Shown here: positions 60,090-64,000 of the stretch, one piece after another
Numbering within the stretch: the first letter of the stretch is position 1
Layout of the letters: every line of letters begins with the position of its first letter
DNA from: Blepharisma stoltei ATCC 30299
Lineage: Eukaryota > Protista > Ciliophora
Assembly: GCA_965603825.1 (NCBI GenBank)
Contig: CBFDEM010000023.1
Coordinates: forward strand, 310,001 to 374,000
Length of the DNA stretch: 64,000 bases
Direction of reading: 5' to 3'
Notes under the pieces: model-generated
The model's input: the letters and a program-made list of their open reading frames with translations, nothing else
Database searches by the model: none
What the model was told of the DNA's origin: nothing
Translations under genes and position numbers: made by a program

Positions 60090-60893
60090 ATGGACGAGAG
60101 ATCACCGCTAGTCCAAAATCAAAATCAGAATCGTAGCCCTAACCAGTCTCAGGTGATTGTTCGAGAAAACCTTTGAAATACAATTCAACGAACTCTATAC
60201 TCTTCATATATCTTAATGACATTTCGGCTAGCAGTCAGCACATTTAAAATCTTATCATGCGGCATAGTACTCTCGTTTTTTGCAGCTTCATGCAATGCTC
60301 CTTTGACTCTTTGGGTTTTAGTTAGCATGGTCTTGGAAATTGGGTACTTAATAATGCTCTTTTTTAGAATTCCACATGTAAAAATAGTTAGAGACGGAGG
60401 AGAAATCAATGAAGGTTTAGCCTTAGGATTCCTTTTTAAGCTCCAAACAGCTTTATATCTTTGCTGGCTGGTTCCTGGAAATATTTGATATTGGCGATGC
60501 AAAGACTGCTACAATGATGCACCTGTTCTTACAGCTCTCGTTTTTGCTTTGCTTATTTTAGGATACTGTTATTTACTTATTCCAACAATGCTTGTGCTCT
60601 GCTTATGTGCATGCTTACCAGTTGCGATCATATTCTTGATGTTTATTTCAAATACTTCTCAATTGCCAGCTACAGAAGGGATGATAAAAGATCTGAAATC
60701 AGTTGATTATGACTCATCAGTTAACAAAGGAGACACATCTTGCTCTATATGTGCTGTCGAATACGCAGAAAAAGACAAAATCATTGTTATGGAATGTGAT
60801 CCAAGGCACTTTTTCCATGAAGAATGCATAAAGAGATGGCTCAGAATCAATTCAAATTGTCCTATTTGTAGAACTCCTTTCTTAATGGATTAA
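60090..60893 (+). CDS. Multi-TM RING-H2 E3 ubiquitin ligase (267 aa)
   Basis: One frame across 2 TGAs; CSIC...C..H.FH..C..W...CPICR. Confidence 0.9.
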
Positions 60894-61107
60894 TTCAGAC
60901 TTTTAAACATAGTCGTATGCTATATTGAGTAATAAATATCTTCATCATTTGAAAATTTACTTATTTAAAAATTTTTCAAAGTAACTAACTGACATCTAAT
61001 CTAAAACAGTGGTTCTAATTTTATTGATGCTCAAGTATATCAGTTTACAATAAATTATAATAACACACAGGATTCATATTTTTATTTTATTTCTTTAGCT
61101 TAAAAGC

Positions 61108-61563
61108 TTAATACGCTCTCGAGCTATCAATATCTTTTCTCTTAAGTGCGTCTTCAAGAAATCCATGCATATTTTCAGTGAACACATATTTCTTAACCTT
61201 CTCATCAGAAAACTTCCATTTGAGTCCATTATCCTCGAACCCCATCAATTTGTAGTATGAGCCTTTAAATCCTATATACCAGCCAAAAAACATTGTAGTT
61301 GTCCAAACAATTGTAAAAGCCCTTCTTCTATTTAAAGGAAAGCTCTTCAAATTTGCAGTCATCGCATATCCCAGCACAGCTCCAAAAGGAATTGAATAGA
61401 AAAATGGCATATACTCAGGAAGTCTCATATTAGCGATAACATCTCTAAAAAACGGCGATTCAATAATAATTGGATATGGAGGCCTTTCCCCTGGCTCATA
61501 CAAATGCTTCATTTTGCCGACTTGGACCAGTCTCTTGAAGAGGTAGTAATTATCGTCGCTCAT
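61108..61563 (-). CDS. Complex I accessory subunit, NUXM/21-kDa family
   Basis: YPIIIESPFFRDVIANMRLPEY...SYYKLMGFEDN; ATG 61563. Confidence 0.7.
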   Translation of the reverse strand: MSDDNYYLFKRLVQVGKMKHLYEPGERPPYPIIIESPFFRDVIANMRLPEYMPFFYSIPFGAVLGYAMTANLKSFPLNRRRAFTIVWTTTMFFGWYIGFKGSYYKLMGFEDNGLKWKFSDEKVKKYVFTENMHGFLEDALKRKDIDSSRAY

Positions 61564-61596
61564 ATTTATATGAAATAAATAAAGGTGAATTATAAA

Positions 61597-63765
61597 ATGG
61601 AGTCTGGAGAGGATTTCGCTGGCAGCTTTTATAGCAATCTCAGATCGATCGTCACTTTGACTGATAATCTTAGAGATGCAGGTTTGCAAAAGTATATTCG
61701 TCTCCCTCGTATTGTTACACTTGGTATTCAGAGCAGTGGTAAAAGCTCAGTTCTAGAATCAATTGTGGGTTTAAATTTCTTGCCGAGAAGTGAAGGGATC
61801 TGCACGAGGTGTCCGCTTGAACTGAGACTGGTGCATACTGAAAATGAAACAAAACCTTGGGCTGAGTTCGAAGGAGTCCAAGAAAAGTTCACTGATTTTG
61901 GCAAAGTTAAAGAAATGATATTAGCACAGACTGATAAGAAAGCGGGGAGGAATAAAGGGATTGTGGATGATCCCATTATATTGACGATTCATTCAAGCAC
62001 TTGTCCTGATTTAACGCTCATTGATTTGCCAGGGATAACAAGAATTCCGCTAGCTGGGAGTGACCATCCTGCAGATATTGAAAGAATCACGAAAGAGATG
62101 TGCTTCAGGTATATTTCTGACCCAAGGACTATCATTTTATGTTTGTGCCCTGCAAATACTGATTTAAGCACTTCAGAGTCTTTACTGATGGCAAAGAAGG
62201 TGGATAAGGCTGGTATCAGGACTATTGGTGTGATAACAAAAATTGATATTATGGACAGAGGGACAAATGCCAAAAAAATTCTTCTAGGCGAGGAAATTCC
62301 ATTAAGACTTGGCTATGTTGGTGTGAAAAATAGATCGCAAGAAGACATTAATAATGAGGTTAAAGTAGAAAACGCCTTGCAAGAAGAGAAGCAATATTTC
62401 GCTTCCCATCCTGTATATTCAACAATGCCGCAAGGTGTTTTGGGGACTGAAGTTCTTACCCAAAAACTAACTCATGTGATGTTTAACCACATTAAAGGAT
62501 TCTTACCAGAAATAATGAGAGAAACTATGTTTAGGATCAAGGAGTGTGACGACAAACTAAAAGAACTCGGCCCAAGTACCCCTGAAGAGCCAAGATATAA
62601 AGTTCAGCTTCTTTGGAATATGGTTACCGATTTTTGCGAAATTTTCAAAAACACCATTAGAGGAAAATATGATAGAAAATTATCATCACGAATTACTAAA
62701 GATTTAGCTGGAGGTGCCACAATTAAAAGTTACTTTAATTCTTTACTTTCAGAATTCTCATCAAATACTTATAAAGTGACTGAATCATATACAAACGAAG
62801 ATATTCAGCATGCAATGGCTTCTCATGAAGGAGACACTATTCCTGGCTTTCCTTCGGTTGACGTGTTCATTTTCTTACTTCAGCCTCAGCTTGAAAAATT
62901 AAGAGAGCCAGTTCTTGACTGCTTAATGAATGTCCATTCTTACCTTGATCAGTTAGCTTCTAAGCTGATAGAAAGAATTTTCTACAGATTTCCAGCTTTA
63001 TCTACAGAAATTGCAGAACTCGCCTCTCATGTTTTAGTAAAAGAGAGAGAAGAATGCAGAGAAATCGTAGAAAAAATGATCGATTCTGAAGAAACTTATG
63101 TGTTTACTAATGATCTTGATTACTTAACATCTAGAACTGATATTGTCCCAAAGTCTGATGGAAGACCAAAAAGTTCAGAAGTAATGTTTGTAGATGAAAT
63201 AAGGAACAGAATTGACTGCTATTTTAGACTTGTGATTAGAACTGTAAGAGATAGTGTTCCTAAAGCAATTGGAACCTTTTTAGTAAGATCGGTGATGGAC
63301 AAAATGCAGATGGAATTATATGAAAGAATTAATATGACTGAAACAATTTTGGCAAAAGTAAGTGAACCTCCTCATATAACTGCTGAAAGAAATATGCTTA
63401 AAGGCCAGTTAGAAACTCTTAGAAAGGCAGAAAAAATTATGAAGCATGATCCTGCGCTAGCGATGCAAGCTGAGTCGGTAGAAGACGAAATCAGAAAGCA
63501 AGAAGAAGAATTAAAGGCTGCTGCAGAAGAAAAGAAGAAAAGGGATGAAGAAAAAAAGAAAAGAGAAGAAGATAAGGAAAGAGATAAGGCAAGAAAAGAA
63601 GAATTAGATAACCAAGAAAGAAACAGAAAAGCAACCGAAACTTCTCAAATAATTGAAGACGTAAAACAGCCAGAACCTCCAAGGGTTGAACCGAAGCAAG
63701 CTACTAGCAACTCACTATTTGGCGATATAAAGAAGGCAAAAAGAACAGAAAAATCGCTATTTTAA
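61597..63765 (+). CDS. Dynamin-related GTPase
   Basis: LPRI..QSSGKSS, DLPG, TKID, middle domain and GED; ATG 61597. Confidence 0.96.
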   Translation: MESGEDFAGSFYSNLRSIVTLTDNLRDAGLQKYIRLPRIVTLGIQSSGKSSVLESIVGLNFLPRSEGICTRCPLELRLVHTENETKPWAEFEGVQEKFTDFGKVKEMILAQTDKKAGRNKGIVDDPIILTIHSSTCPDLTLIDLPGITRIPLAGSDHPADIERITKEMCFRYISDPRTIILCLCPANTDLSTSESLLMAKKVDKAGIRTIGVITKIDIMDRGTNAKKILLGEEIPLRLGYVGVKNRSQEDINNEVKVENALQEEKQYFASHPVYSTMPQGVLGTEVLTQKLTHVMFNHIKGFLPEIMRETMFRIKECDDKLKELGPSTPEEPRYKVQLLWNMVTDFCEIFKNTIRGKYDRKLSSRITKDLAGGATIKSYFNSLLSEFSSNTYKVTESYTNEDIQHAMASHEGDTIPGFPSVDVFIFLLQPQLEKLREPVLDCLMNVHSYLDQLASKLIERIFYRFPALSTEIAELASHVLVKEREECREIVEKMIDSEETYVFTNDLDYLTSRTDIVPKSDGRPKSSEVMFVDEIRNRIDCYFRLVIRTVRDSVPKAIGTFLVRSVMDKMQMELYERINMTETILAKVSEPPHITAERNMLKGQLETLRKAEKIMKHDPALAMQAESVEDEIRKQEEELKAAAEEKKKRDEEKKKREEDKERDKARKEELDNQERNRKATETSQIIEDVKQPEPPRVEPKQATSNSLFGDIKKAKRTEKSLF

Positions 63766-63849
63766 ATAAATCTTATTTATTTTCTTGCATCCTTAAATTA
63801 ACACTATTTTTAAATTTAAACCCACGATTTTACTGAATTTATTATAAAA

Positions 63850-64000
63850 ATGCTCACAAGAATTGGGAAAGTCGCCCGAAGATTCGCAACCTTCAACTGG
63901 GAAGACCCGATTAATTTAACATCACTTCTCTCTGAGGATGAGCAGCTTGTTTACCAATCAGCCATCGCATTTGGCCAAAGCAAGCTGCTTCCTAAAGTCA
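63850..64000 (+). CDS. GCDH: Glutaryl-CoA dehydrogenase, N-terminus (partial)
   Basis: MLTRIGKVARRFATFNWEDPINLTSLLSEDE...KLLPKV. Confidence 0.8.
   Translation, partial: MLTRIGKVARRFATFNWEDPINLTSLLSEDEQLVYQSAIAFGQSKLLPKV

Noticed and set aside
5132-63682. Numerous antisense or overlapping short ORFs in the track
   Set aside because: Shadows of real genes on the opposite strand or frame

Overview
AT-rich, gene-dense eukaryotic DNA from a heterotrich ciliate, most likely the somatic (macronuclear) genome of Blepharisma (inferred from the code, the introns and the rRNA). UGA is read as Trp while UAA/UAG are stops, so many 'separate' ORFs in the supplied track are single genes. Spliceosomal introns are only 15-17 nt (GTAA..A..TAG). 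After re-joining I find about 35 protein genes, including CorA, DCN1, WDR62/MAPKBP1-like, RPL37, ferredoxin, an RS2Z-type SR protein, a patatin lipase, FIGNL1, a MAP3K, Pumilio, ABCC, FAB1, INTS4, ATG18, dynamin and GCDH. One very compact 18S-5.8S-28S unit sits between ordinary genes. A segment at 2.3-4.9 kb is duplicated at 26.1-28.1 kb between ~360-bp direct repeats, with reciprocal pseudogenisation that effectively relocated a gene. Other highlights are an atypical 17-nt intron in an SR protein of a subfamily usually called plant-specific, two head-to-head gene pairs with start codons 33 bp apart, and two structured intergenic islands, one with U17/snR30-like motifs that match this window's own 18S. 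All calls are by eye; no searches were run.
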